Position numbers and translations under genes: made by a program. This document shows positions 48,401 to 64,000 of a stretch of DNA of 64,000 bases, piece after piece. This stretch comes from Eledone cirrhosa (Eukaryota): NCBI GenBank assembly GCA_964016885.1, contig OZ024740.1, forward strand, positions 439,890,001-439,954,000, written 5' to 3'. Under the pieces are notes generated by a model. It did no database searches. It was not told where the DNA came from and saw nothing but the letters and a program-made list of their open reading frames with translations. How positions within the stretch are numbered: the stretch's first letter is position 1; each line of letters starts with the position of its first letter.

Positions 48401-51210
48401 AACACCACATGTATGACATCTATATAATAACACATGTCTGACATCTATATAATAACACCAGATGTCTGACATCTATATAATAACACCACATGTGACATCT
48501 ATATAATAACACCACACGTCTGACATCTATATAATAACACCATATGTCTGACATCTATATAATAACACCAGAAGTCTGACATCTATTTAATAACACCACA
48601 AGTCTGACATCTAAACAATATTATCACATATCTGACATCTATATAATAACACCAGATGTCTGACATCTATATAATAACACCACATGTGACATATATATAA
48701 TAACACCACATGTCTGACATCTATATAATAACACCACATGTCTGGCATCTATATAATAACACCACATGTCTGACAACTATATAATAACAGCACATGTCTG
48801 ACATCTATATAATAGCATCACATGTCTGACATCTATACAATAACACCACATGTCTGACATCTATATAATAACACCACAAGTCTGACATCTATATAATAAC
48901 ACCACAAGTCTGAAATCTATATAATAACACCACAAATCTGAAATCTATATAATAACACCACAAATCTGACATCTATACAATAATACCACATGTCTGACAT
49001 CTATATAATAACACCACAGGTAAGACATCTATATAATAACACCACATGTGACATCTATATAATAGCACCACAATTCTGACATCTATATAACAACACCACA
49101 TGTCTGACATCTATATAATAACACCACATGTATGACATCTATATAATAACACAACATGTCTGACATATATATAATAACCCCAGATGTCTGACATCTATAT
49201 AATAACACATGTCTGACATCTATATAATAACATCACAAGTCTGACATCTATATAATAACATCCACATGTCTGACATCTATATAATAACACCACATGTGAC
49301 ATCTATATAATAACACCAAATGTCTGACATCTATATAACAACACCACATGTCTGACATCTATATAATAACACCACATGTCTGACATCTATATAATAACAC
49401 CACAAGTCTGAGATCTATATAATAACACGACAAGTCTGACATCTATATAATAACACCACAAGTCTGAAATCTATATAATAACACCACAAGTCTGACATCT
49501 ATACAATAATACCACATGTCTGACATCTATATAATAACACCACAGGTAAGACATCTATATAATAACACCACATGTCTGACATCTATATAATAACACCACA
49601 AGTCTGACATCTATATAATAACACCACAAGTCTGAGATCTATACAATAATACCAGATGTCTGACATCTATATAATAACACCACATGTCTGACTTCTATAT
49701 AATAACACCACATGTCTGACATCTATATAATAACAGCACATGTCTGACATCTATATAATAACACCACAAGTCTGACATCTATATAATAACACCACATGTC
49801 TGACATCTATATAATAACACCACATGTGACATCTATATAATAACACCACATGTCTGACAACTATATAATAACAGCACATGTCTGACATCTATATAATAGC
49901 ATCACATGTCTGACATCTATACAATAACACCACATGTCTGACATCTATATAATAACACGACAAGTCTGACATCTATATAATAACACCACAAGTCTGAAAT
50001 CTATATAATAACACCACAAGTCTGACATCTATACAATAATACCACATGTCTGACATCTATATAATAACACCACAGGTAAGACATCTATATAATAACACCA
50101 CATGTGACATCTATATAATAACACCACATGTCTGACATCTATAAATTAACACCACATGTCTGACATCTATATAATAAGACCACAAGTCTGACATCTATAT
50201 AATAACACCACAAGTCTGACATCTATATAATAACACCACAAATCTGACATCTATATAATAACACCACATGTCTGACATCTATATAACAGCACCACAATTC
50301 TGACATCTATATAACAACACCACATGTCTGACATCTATATAATAACACCACATGTATGACATCTATATAATAACACAACATGTCTGACATATATATAATA
50401 ACCCCAGATGTCTGACATCTATATAATAACACATGTCTGACATCTATATAATAACAGCACATGTCTGACATCTATATAATAACACCACAAGTCTGACATC
50501 TATATAATAACACCACATGTCTGACATCTATATAATAACACCACATGTGACATCTATATAATAACACCAAATGTCTGACATCTATATAACAACACCACAT
50601 GTCTGACATCTATATAATAACACCACATGTCTGACATCTATATAATAACACCACAAGTCTGACATCTATATAATAACACCACAAGTCTGAGATCTATACA
50701 ATAATACCAGATGTCTGACATCTATATAATAACACCACATGTCTGACTTCTATATAATAACACCACATGTCTGACATCTATATAATAACAGCACATGTCT
50801 GACATCTATATAATAGCACCACATGTCTAACATCTATACAATAACACCACATATCTGACATCTATATAATAACAGCACAAGTCTGACAACTATATAATAA
50901 TACCACAAGTGTGACATCTATATAATAACACCACATGTCTGATATCTATATAATAACACCACAATTCTGACATCTATATAATAACACCACATGTCTGACC
51001 TCTATATAATAACACCACATGTATGACATCTATATAATAACACCACATGTTTGACATCTATATAATAACACCGCATGTGACATCTATATAATAAAACCAC
51101 ATGTCTGACAACTATAAATTAACACCACATGTCTGACATCTATATAATAACACCACAAGTCTGACATCTATATAATAACACCACAAGTCTGAGATCTATA
51201 TAATAACACC
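45480..51210 (+). repeat. Tandem-like duplication, offset 2,913 bp then 3,110 bp after an internal insertion
   Basis: aacaatatta is at 45701 and 48614. gg of caggtaag is at 46106/49019 (2913), and at 46435/49545 and 46965/50075 (3110). Confidence 0.88.
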
Positions 51211-54200
51211 ACAAGTCTGACATCTATATAATAACACCACATGTCTGATATCTATATAATAACACCACAATTCTGACATCTATATAATAACACCACATGT
51301 CTGACCTCTATATAATAACACCACATGTATGACATCTATATAATAAAACAACATGTCTGACATCTATATAATAACACCAGATGTCTGACATCTATATAAT
51401 AACACAACATGTCTGACATCTATATAATAACACCACATGTCTGACATCTATATAATAACACCACAAGTCTGACATCTATATAATAACACCACATGTCTGA
51501 CATCTATATAATAACACCAGAAGTCTGATATCTATATAATAACACCATAAGTCTGACATCTATACAATAATACCACATGTCTGACATCTATATAATAACA
51601 CCACATGCCTGACATATATATAATAACACCACATGTCTGACATCTATATAATACCACCTCTCTGACATCTATACAATAATACCACATGTCTGACATCTAT
51701 ATAATAACACCACATGCCTGACATCTATATAATAACACCACATGTCTGACATCTATAAATTAACACCACATTTATGACATCTATATAATGACACCACAAG
51801 TCTGACATCTATATAATAACACCACAAATCTGACATCTATATAATAACACCACATGTCTGACATCTATGTAACAACACCACATGTCTGACATCTATATAA
51901 TAACACCACAAGTCTGACATCTATATAATAACACCACATGTCTGACATCTTTATAATAACACCACATGTGACATCTATATAATAACACCAAATGTCTGAC
52001 ATCTATATAACAACACCACATGTCTGACATCTATATAATAACACCACATGTCTGACATCTATATATTAACACCACATGTCTGCCATCTATATAATAACAC
52101 CAGTTGTCTGGCATCTATATAATAACACCACAAGTCTGACATCTATACAATAACACAACATGTCTGACATCTATATAATTACACCACAAGTCTGACTTCT
52201 ATATAATAACACCACATGTCTGACATCTATATAATAACAGCACATGTCTGACATCTATATAATAGCACCACATGTCTGATATCTATACAATAACACCACA
52301 TGTCTGACATCTATATAATAACACCACAAGTCTGACATCTATATAATAACTCCACAAGTCTGACATCTATACAATAATACCACATGTCTGACATCTATAC
52401 AATAATACCACATGTCTGACATCTATACAATAATACCACATGTCTGACATCTATATAATAACACCACATGTCTGACATCTATATAATAACACCATATGTA
52501 TGACATCTATATAATAACACATGTCTGACATCTATATAATAACACCAGATGTCTGACATCTATATAATAACACCACATGTGACATCTATATAATAACACC
52601 ACATGTCTGACATCTATAAATTAACACCACATGTCTTACATCTATATAATAACACCACATGTCTGATATCTATATAATAGCACCACAATTCTGACATCTA
52701 TATAATAACACCAAATGTCTGACATCTATATATTAACACCACATGTCTGCCATCTATATAATAACACCAGTTGTCTGGCATCTATATAATAACACCACAA
52801 GTCTGACATCTATACAATAACACAACATGTCTGACATCTATATAATTACACCACAAGTCTGACTTCTATATAATAACACCACATGTCTGACATCTATATA
52901 ATAACAGCACATGTCTGACATCTATATAATAGCACCACATGTCTGATATCTATACAATAACACCACATGTCTGACATCTATATAATAACACCACAAGTCT
53001 GACATCTATATAATAACACCACAAGTCTGACATCTATACAATAATACCACATGTCTGACATCTATACAATAATACCACATGTCTGACATCTATACAATAA
53101 TACCACATGTCTGACATCTATATAATAACACCACAATTCTGACATCTATATAATAACACCACATGTCTGACATCTATATAATAACACCACATGTATGACA
53201 TCTATATAATAACACATGTCTGACATCTATACAATAACACCAGATGTCTGACATCTATATAATAACACCACATGTGACATCTATATAATAACACCACATG
53301 TCTGACATCTATAAACTAACACCACATGTCTTACATCTATATAATAACACCACATGGCTGATATCTATATAATAACACCACAATTCTGACATCTATATAA
53401 TAACACCACATGTCTGACATCTATATAATAACACCACATGTATGACATCTATATAATAACACATGTCTGACATCTATATAATAACACCAGATGTCTGACA
53501 TCTATATAATAACACCACATGTGACATCTATATAATAACACCACACGTCTGACATCTAGATAATAACACCATATGTCTGACATCTATATAATAACACCAG
53601 AAGTCTGACATCTATTTAATAACACCACAAGTCTGACATCTATACAATAATATCACATGTCAGACATCTATATAATAACACCAGATGTCTGACATCTATA
53701 TAATAACACCACATGTGACATATATATAATAACACCACATGTCTGACATCTATATAATAACACCACATGTCTGGCATCTATATAATAACACCACATGTCT
53801 GACAAATATATAATAACAGCACATGTCTGACATCTATATAATAGCATCACATGTCTGACATCTATACAATAACACCACATGTCTGACATCTATATAATAA
53901 CACCACAAGTCTGACATCTATATAATAACACCACAAGTCTGACATCTATATAATAACACCACAAGTCTGACATCTATACAATAATACCACATGTCTGACA
54001 TATATATAATAACACCACAGGTATGACATCTATATAATAACACCACATGTGACATCTATATAATAACACCACATGTCTGACATCTATAAATTAACACCAC
54101 ATGTCTCACATCTATATAATAAGACCACAAGTCTGACATCTATATAATAACACCACAAGTCTGAAATCTATATAATAACACCACAAATCTGACATCTATA

Positions 54201-57200
54201 TAATAACACCACATGTCTGACATCTATATAATAGCACCACAATTCTGACATCTATATAACAACACCACATGTCTGACATCTATATAATAACACCACATGT
54301 ATGACATCTATATAATAACACAACATGTCTGACATATATATAATAACCCCAGATGTCTGACATCTATATAATAACACATGTCTGACATCTATATAATAAC
54401 ACCACAAGTCTGACATCTATATAATAACACCACATGTCTGACATCTATATAATAACACCACATGTGACATCTATATAATAACACCAAATGTCTGACATCT
54501 ATATAACAACACCACATGTCTGACATCTATATAATAACACCACATGTCTGACATCTATATAATAACACCACAAGTCTGACATCTATATAATAACACCACA
54601 AGTCTGAGATCTATACAATAATACCAGATGTCTGACATCTATATAATAACACCACATGTCTGACTTCTATATAATAACACCACATGTCTGACATCTATAT
54701 AATAACAGCACATGTCTGACATCTATATAATAACACCACAAGTCTGACATCTATATAATAACACCACATGTCTGACATCTATATAATAACACCACATGTG
54801 ACATCTATATAATAACAGCACATGTCTGACAACTATATAATAACAGCACATGTCTGACATCTATATAATAGCATCACATGTCTGACATCTATACAATAAC
54901 ACCACATGTCTGACATCTATATAATAACACCATATGTATGACATCTATATAATAACACATGTCTGACATCTATATAATAACACCAGATGTCTGACATCTA
55001 TATAATAACACCACATGTGACATCTATATAATAACACCACATGTCTGACATCTATAAATTAACACCACATGTCTTACATCTATATAATAACACCACATGT
55101 CTGATATCTATATAATAGCACCACAATTCTGACATCTATATAATAACACCAAATGTCTGACATCTATATATTAACACCACATGTCTGCCATCTATATAAT
55201 AACACGACAAGTCTGACATCTATATAATAACACCACAAGTCTGAAATCTATATAATAACACCACAAGTCTGACATCTATACAATAATACCACATGTCTGA
55301 CATCTATATAATAACACCACAGGTAAGACATCTATATAATAACACCACATGTGACATCTATATAATAACATCACATGTCTGACATCTATAAATTAACACC
55401 ACATGTCTGACATCTATATAATAAGACCACAAGTCTGACATCTATATAATAACACCACAAGTCTGACATCTATATAATAACACCACAAATCTGACATCTA
55501 TATAATAACACCACATGTCTGACATCTATATAACAGCACCACAATTCTGACATCTATATAACAACACCACATGTCTGACATCTATATAATAACACCACAT
55601 GTATGACATCTATATAATAACACAACATGTCTGACATATATATAATAACCCCAGATGTCTGACATCTATATAATAACACATGTCTGACATCTATATAATA
55701 ACAGCACATGTCTGGCATCTATATAATAACACCACAAGTCTGACATCTATATAATAACACCACATATCTGACATCTATATAATAACACCACATGTGACAT
55801 CTATATAATAACACCAAATGTCTGACATCTATATAACAACACCACATGTCTGACATCTATATAATAACACCACATGTCTGACATCTATATAATAACACCA
55901 CAAGTCTGACATCTATATAATAACACCACAAGTCTGAGATCTATACAATAATACCAGATGTCTGACATCTATATAATAACACCACAAGTCTGACATCTAT
56001 ATAATAACACCACAAATCTGACATCTATATAATAACACCACATGTCTGACATCTATATAATAGCACCACAATTCTGACATCTATATAACAACACCATATG
56101 TCTGACATCTATATAATAACCCCAGATGTCTGACATCTATATAATAACACAACATGTCTGACATCTATATAATAACAGCACATGTCTGACATCTATATAA
56201 TAACACCACATGTCTGACATCTATGTAACAACACCACATGTCTGACATCTATATAATAACACCACAAGTCTGACATCTATATAATAACACCACATGTCTG
56301 ACATCTTTATAATAACACCACATGTGACATCTATATAATAACACCAAATGTCTGACATATATATAACAACACCACATGTCTGACATCTATATAATAACAC
56401 CACATGTCTGACATCTATATATTAACACCACATGTCTGCCATCTATATAATAACACCAGTTGTCTGGCATCTATATAATAACACCACAAGTCTGACATCT
56501 ATACAATAACACAACATGTCTGACATCTATATAATTACACCACAAGTCTGACTTCTATATAATAACACCACATGTCTGACATCTATATAATAACAGCACA
56601 TGTCTGACATCTATACAATAATACCACATGTCTGACATCTATACAATAATACCACATGTCTGACATCTATACAATAATACCACATGTCTGACATCTATAT
56701 AATAACACCACATGTGACATCTATATAATAACACCAAATGTCTGACATCTATATAACAACACCACATGTCTGACATCTATATAATAACACCACATGTCTG
56801 ACATCTATATAATAACACCACAAGTCTGACATCTATATAATAACACCACAAGTCTGAGATCTATACAATAATACCAGATGTCTGACATCTATATAATAAC
56901 ACCACATGTCTGACTTCTATATAATAACACCACATGTCTGACATCTATATAATAACAGCACATGTCTGACATCTATATAATAGCACCACATGTCTAACAT
57001 CTATACAATAACACCACATGTCTGACATCTATATAATAACAGCACAAGTCTGACAACTATATAATAATACCACAAGCGTGACATCTATATAATAACACCA
57101 CATGTCTGATATCTATATAATAACACCACAATTCTGACATCTATATAATAACACCACATGTCTGACCTCTATATAATAACACCACATGTATGACATCTAT

Positions 57201-60200
57201 ATAATAACACCACATGTTTGACATCTATATAATAACACCGCATGTGACATCTATATAATAAAACCACATGTCTGACAACTATAAATTAACACCACATGTC
57301 TGACATCTATATAATAACACCACAAGTCTGACATCTATATAATAACACCACAAGTCTGAGATCTATATAATAACACCACAAGTCTGACATCTATATAATA
57401 ACACCACATGTCTGATATCTATATAATAACACCACAATTCTGACATCTATATAATAACACCACATGTCTGACCTCTATATAATAACACAACATGTCTGAC
57501 ATCTATATAATAACACAACATGTCTGACATCTATATAATAACACCAGATGTCTGACATCTATATAATAACACAACATGTCTGACATCTATATAATAACAC
57601 CACATGTCTGACATCTATATAATAACACCACAAGTCTGACATCTATATAATAACACCACATGTCTGACATCTATATAATAACACCAGAAGTCTGATATCT
57701 ATATAATAACACCATAAGTCTGACATCTATACAATAATACCACATGTCTGACATCTATATAATAACACCACATGCCTGACATATATATAATAACACCACA
57801 TGTCTGACATATATATAATAACACCACCTCTCTGACATCTATACAATAATACCACATGTCTGACATCTATATAATAACACCACATGCCTGACATCTATAT
57901 AATAACACCACATGTCTGACATCTATAAATTAACACCACATTTATGACATCTATATAATGACACCACAAGTCTGACATCTATATAATAACACCACAAATC
58001 TGACATCTATATAATAACACCACATGTCTGACATCTATATAATAGCACCACAATTCTGACATCTATATAACAACACCATATGTCTGACATCTATATAATA
58101 ACCCCAGATGTCTGACATCTATATAATAACACAACATGTCTGACATCTATATAATAACAGCACATGTCTGACATCTATATAATAACACCACATGTCTGAC
58201 ATCTATGTAACAACACCACATGTCTGACATCTATATAATAACACCACAAGTCTGACATCTATATAATAACACCACATGTCTGACATCTTTATAATAACAC
58301 CACATGTGACATCTATATAATAACACCAAATGTCTGACATCTATATAACAACACCACATGTCTGACATCTATATAATAACACCACATGTCTGACATCTAT
58401 ATATTAACACCACATGTCTGCCATCTATATAATAACACCAGTTGTCTGGCATCTATATAATAACACCACAAGTCTGACATCTATACAATAACACAACATG
58501 TCTGACATCTATATAATTACACCACAAGTCTGACTTCTACATAATAACACCACATGTCTGACATCTATATAATAACAGCACATGTCTGACATCTATATAA
58601 TAGCACCACATGTCTGATATCTATACAATAACACCACATGTCTGACATCTATATAATAACACCACAAGTCTGACATCTATATAATAACACCACAAGTCTG
58701 ACATCTATACAATAATACCACATGTCTGACATCTATACAATAATACCACATGTCTGACATCTATACAATAATACCACATGTCTGACATCTATATAATAAC
58801 ACCACAAGTCTGACATCTATATAATAACACCACATGTCTGACATCTATATAATAACACCGCATGTGACATCTATATAATAACACCACATGTCTGACAACT
58901 ATAAATTAACACCACATGTCTGACATCTATATAATAACACCACAAGTCTGACTTCTATATAATAACATCACAAGTCTGACATCTATATAATAACACCACA
59001 TGTCTTACATCTATATAATAACACCACATGTCTGATATCTATATAATAACACCACAATTCTGACATCTATATAATAACACCACATGTCTGACATCTATAT
59101 AATAACACCACATGTATGACATCTATATAATAACACATGTCTGACATCTATATAATAACACCAGATCTCTGACATCTATATAATAACACCACATGTGACA
59201 TCTATATAATAACACCACACGTCTGACATCTATATAATAACACCATATGTCTGACATCTATATAATAACACCAGAAGTCTGACATCTATTTAATAACACC
59301 ACAAGTCTGACATCTATACAATAATATCACATGTCAGACATCTATATAATAACACCAGATGTCTGACATCTATATAATAACACCACATGTGACATATATA
59401 TAATAACACCACATGTCTGACATCTATATAATAACACCACATGACTGGCATCTATATAATAACACCACATGTCTGACAACTATATAATAACAGCACATGT
59501 CTGACATCTATATAATAGCATCACATGTCTGACATCTATACAATAACACCACATGTCTGACATCTATATAATAACACCACAAGTCTGACATCTATATAAT
59601 GACACCACAAGTCTGACATCTATATAATAACACCACAAGTCTGACATCTATACAATAATACCACATGTCTGACATCTATATAATAACACCACAGGTATGA
59701 CATCTATATAATAACACCACATGTGACATCTATATAATAACACCACATGTCTGACATCTATAAATTAACACCACATGTCTGACATCTATATAATAAGACC
59801 ACAAGTCTGACATCTATATAATAACACCACAAGTCTGAAATCTATATAATAACACCACAAATCTGACATCTATATAATAACACCACATGTCTGACATCTA
59901 TATAATAGCACCACAATTCTGACATCTATATAACAACACCACATGTCTGACATCTATATAATAACACCACATGTATGACATCTATATAATAACACAACAT
60001 GTCTGACATATATATAATAACCCCAGATGTCTGACATCTATATAATAACACATGTCTGACATCTATATAATAACAGCACATGTCTGACATCTATATAATA
60101 ACACCACAAGTCTGACATCTATATAATAACACCACATGTCTGACATCTATATAATAACACCACATGTGACATCTATATAATAACACCAAATGTCTGACAT

Positions 60201-63200
60201 CTATATAACAACACCACATGTCTGACATCTATATAATAACACCACATGTCTGCCATCTATATAATAACACCAGTTGTCTGGCATCTATATAATAACACCA
60301 CAAGTCTGACATCTATACAATAACACAACATGTCTGACATCTATATAATTACACCACAAGTCTGACTTCTATATAATAACACCACATGTCTGACATCTAT
60401 ATAATAACAGCACATGTCTGACATCTATATAATAGCACCACATGTCTGATATCTATACAATAACACCACATGTCTGACATCTATATAATAACACCACAAG
60501 TCTGACATCTATATAATAACACCACAAGTCTGACATCTATACAATAATACCACATGTCTGACATCTATACAATAATACCACATGTCTGACATCTATACAA
60601 TAATACCACATGTCTGACATCTATATAATAACACCACAAGTCTGACATCTATATAATAACACCACATGTCTGACATCTATATAATAACACCGCATGTGAC
60701 ATCTATATAATAACACCACATGTCTGACAACTATAAATTAACACCACATGTCTGACATCTATATAATAACACCACAAGTTTGACTTCTATATAATAACAT
60801 CACAAGTCTGACATCTATATAATAACACCACATGTCTTACATCTATATAATAACACCACATGTCTGATATCTATATAATAACACCACAATTCTGACATCT
60901 ATATAATAACACCACATGTCTGACATCTATATAATAACACCACATGTATGACATCTATATAATAACACATGTCTGACATCTATATAATAACACCAGATCT
61001 CTGACATCTATATAATAACACCACATGTGACATCTATATAATAACACCACACGTCTGACATCTATATAATAACACCATATGTCTGACATCTATATAATAA
61101 CACCAGAAGTCTGACATCTATTTAATAACACCACAAGTCTGACATCTATACAATAATATCACATGTCAGACATCTATATAATAACACCAGATGTCTGACA
61201 TCTATATAATAACACCACATGTGACATATATATAATAACACCACATGTCTGACATCTATATAATAACACCACATGTCTGGCATCTATATAATAACACCAC
61301 ATGTCTGACAACTATATAATAACAGCACATGTCTGACATCTATATAATAGCATCACATGTCTGACATCTATACAATAACACCACATGTCTGACATCTATA
61401 TAATAACACCACAAGTCTGACATCTATATAATGACACCACAAGTCTGACATCTATATAATAACACCACAAGTCTGACATCTATACAATAATACCACATGT
61501 CTGACATCTATATAATAACACCACAGGTATGACATCTATATAATAACACCACATGTGACATCTATATAATAACACCACATGTCTGACATCTATAAATTAA
61601 CACCACATGTCTGACATCTATATAATAAGACCACAAGTCTGACATCTATATAATAACACCACAAGTCTGAAATCTATATAATAACACCACAAATCTGACA
61701 TCTATATAATAACACCACATGTCTGACATCTATATAATAACACCACATGTATGACATCTATATAATAACACATGTCTGACATCTATATAATAACACCAGA
61801 TCTCTGACATCTATATAATAACACCACATGTGACATCTATATAATAACACCACACGTCTGACATCTATATAATAACACCATATGTCTGACATCTATATAA
61901 TAACACCAGAAGTCTGACATCTATTTAATAACACCACAAGTCTGACATCTATACAATAATATCACATGTCAGACATCTATATAATAACACCAGATGTCTG
62001 ACATCTATATAATAACACCACATGTGACATATATATAATAACACCACATGTCTGACATCTATATAATAACACCACATGACTGGCATCTATATAATAACAC
62101 CACATGTCTGACAACTATATAATAACAGCACATGTCTGACATCTATATAATAGCATCACATGTCTGACATCTATACAATAACACCACATGTCTGACATCT
62201 ATATAATAACACCACAAGTCTGACATCTATATAATGACACCACAAGTCTGACATCTATATAATAACACCACAAGTCTGACATCTATACAATAATACCACA
62301 TGTCTGACATCTATATAATAACACCACAGGTATGACATCTATATAATAACACCACATGTGACATCTATATAATAACACCACATGTCTGACATCTATAAAT
62401 TAACACCACATGTCTGACATCTATATAATAAGACCACAAGTCTGACATCTATATAATAACACCACAAGTCTGAAATCTATATAATAACACCACAAATCTG
62501 ACATCTATATAATAACACCACATGTCTGACATCTATATAATAGCACCACAATTCTGACATCTATATAACAACACCACCTGTCTGACATCTATATAATAAC
62601 ACCACATGTATGACATCTATATAATAACACAACATGTCTGACATATATATAATAACCCCAGATGTCTGACATCTATATAATAACACCAGATGTCTGACAT
62701 CTATATAATAACACAACATGTCTGACATCTATATAATAACACCACATGTCTGACATCTATATAATAACACCACAAGTCTGACATCTATATAACAACACCA
62801 CATGTCTGACATCTATATAATAACACCACATGTATGACATCTATATAATAACACAACATGTCTGACATATATATAATAACCCCAGATGTCTGACATCTAT
62901 ATAATAACACCAGATGTCTGACATCTATATAATAACACAACATGTCTGACATCTATATAATAACACCACATGTCTGACATCTATATAATAACACCACAAG
63001 TCTGACATCTATATAATAACACCACATGTCTGACATCTATATAATAACACCAGAAGTCTGATATCTATATAATAACACCATAAGTCTGACATCTATACAA
63101 TAATACCACATGTCTGACATCTATATAATAACACCACATGCCTGACATATATATAATAACACCACATGCCTGACATATATATAATAACACCACCTCTCTG

Positions 63201-63900
63201 ACATCTATACAATAATACCACATGTCTGACATCTATATAATAACACCACATGCCTGACATCTATATAATAACACCACATGTCTGACATCTATAAATTAAC
63301 ACCACATTTATGACATCTATATAATGACACCACAAGTCTGACATCTATATAATAACACCACAAATCTGACATCTATATAATAACACCACATGTCTGACAT
63401 CTATATAATAGCACCACAATTCTGACATCTATATAACAACACCATATGTCTGACATCTATATAATAACCCCAGATGTCTGACATCTATATAATAACACAA
63501 CATGTCTGACATCTATATAATAACAGCACATGTCTGACATCTATATAATAACACCACATGTCTGACATCTATGTAACAACACCACATGTCTGACATCTAT
63601 ATAATAACACCACAAGTCTGACATCTATATAATAACACCACATGTCTGACATCTTTATAATAACACCACATGTGACATCTATATAATAACACCAAATGTC
63701 TGACATCTATATAACAACACCACATGTCTGACATCTATATAATAACACCACATGTCTGACATCTATATATTAACACCACATGTCTGCCATCTATATAATA
63801 ACACCAGTTGTCTGGCATCTATATAATAACACCACAAGTCTGACATCTATACAATAACACAACATGTCTGACATCTATATAATTACACCACAAGTCTGAC
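51210..63900 (+). repeat. Three dispersed copies of a block marked by cacctctctg and catttatg (~51.2-52.4, ~57.3-58.8, ~62.9-63.9 kb)
   Basis: tttatgac is at 51771, 57941, 63306. cctctctg is at 51657, 57827, 63193. Confidence 0.85.
58380..62540 (+). repeat. Nested tandem duplications, periods 1,832 bp and 803 bp (29 monomers)
   Basis: ccagatctctg is at 59161, 60993, 61796. Each is followed by the same series cacgtc, cagaag, tatttaa, tgtcagac, aatgacacc, caggtatg, taagacc, tgaaatc. Confidence 0.88.
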
Positions 63901-64000
63901 ATCTATATAATAACACCACATGTCTTACATCTATATAATAACACCACATGTCTGATATCTATATAATAACACCACAATTCTGACATCTATATAATAACAC

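Larger units (their letters stand above)
1..64000 (+). repeat. Tandem satellite/minisatellite array, 28-bp monomer CA(T/A)GTCTGACATCTATATAATAACACCA, ~2,300 copies, running off both window ends
   Basis: The monomer is readable on every line, e.g. 57-84 catgtctgacatctatataataacacca. The main dimorphism is catg/caag. Recurrent length variants are the 26-mer (catgtgac, ct lost), the 25-mer (aataacacatg) and rare 27-/29-mers. No inversion and no non-repeat insert was seen. Confidence 0.99.

Noticed and set aside
8322-56403. The six 60-74 aa minus-strand ORFs (8322, 10049, 16157, 37245, 53668, 56221)
   Set aside because: They are translations of the monomer where a variant (atccata giving TGG, or an indel) happens to bypass the periodic TAG. 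Three are identical only because they lie in duplicated blocks. There is no unique sequence or coding signal.
62580-63020. 224-bp (8-monomer) local duplication (cccc at 62656 and 62880)
   Set aside because: Real, but ordinary satellite turnover that adds nothing beyond the larger duplications listed.
1-64000. CRISPR array (28-bp partially palindromic repeat)
   Set aside because: The repeats are contiguous with no unique spacers, there is no leader or cas gene, and the region between dyads is as conserved as the dyad.
1-64000. Telomerase-type repeat (long yeast-like unit) or plasmid iterons
   Set aside because: There is no G-run motif, the array is far too long, its variants are inherited in kb-scale blocks (recombination rather than templated addition), and there is no rep gene.
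1-64000. Nucleosome-length sub-period (6 x 28 = 168 bp), or a coded message in the catg/caag pattern
   Set aside because: I saw no consistent 6-monomer periodicity of variants. The catg/caag order is explained by block duplication. Autocorrelation was not computed.

Overview
The whole 64-kb window is one uninterrupted, head-to-tail tandem array of a 28-bp monomer, consensus CA(T/A)GTCTGACATCTATATAATAACACCA. It holds about 2,300 copies (64000/28), is 32% GC in the consensus, and every copy is on the same strand. I found no unique sequence, genes, RNA genes, transposons or CRISPR spacers. The six listed ORFs are by-products of the repeat. The real information is in the pattern of variant monomers. 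These show a young 2,949-bp (106-monomer) higher-order repeat at ~18.8-33 kb, many kb-scale tandem and dispersed block duplications, two sub-domains carrying different alleles of the same marker monomers (boundary ~40-45.5 kb), an 11-bp dyad in the monomer with palindrome-related variants, and a few out-of-register junctions and mutation clusters. It looks like eukaryotic satellite/minisatellite DNA. I cannot identify the organism or a named satellite family, and I cannot support a novel protein- or RNA-based system. Offsets were counted by hand from marker variants, and block edges are approximate to within a few monomers.
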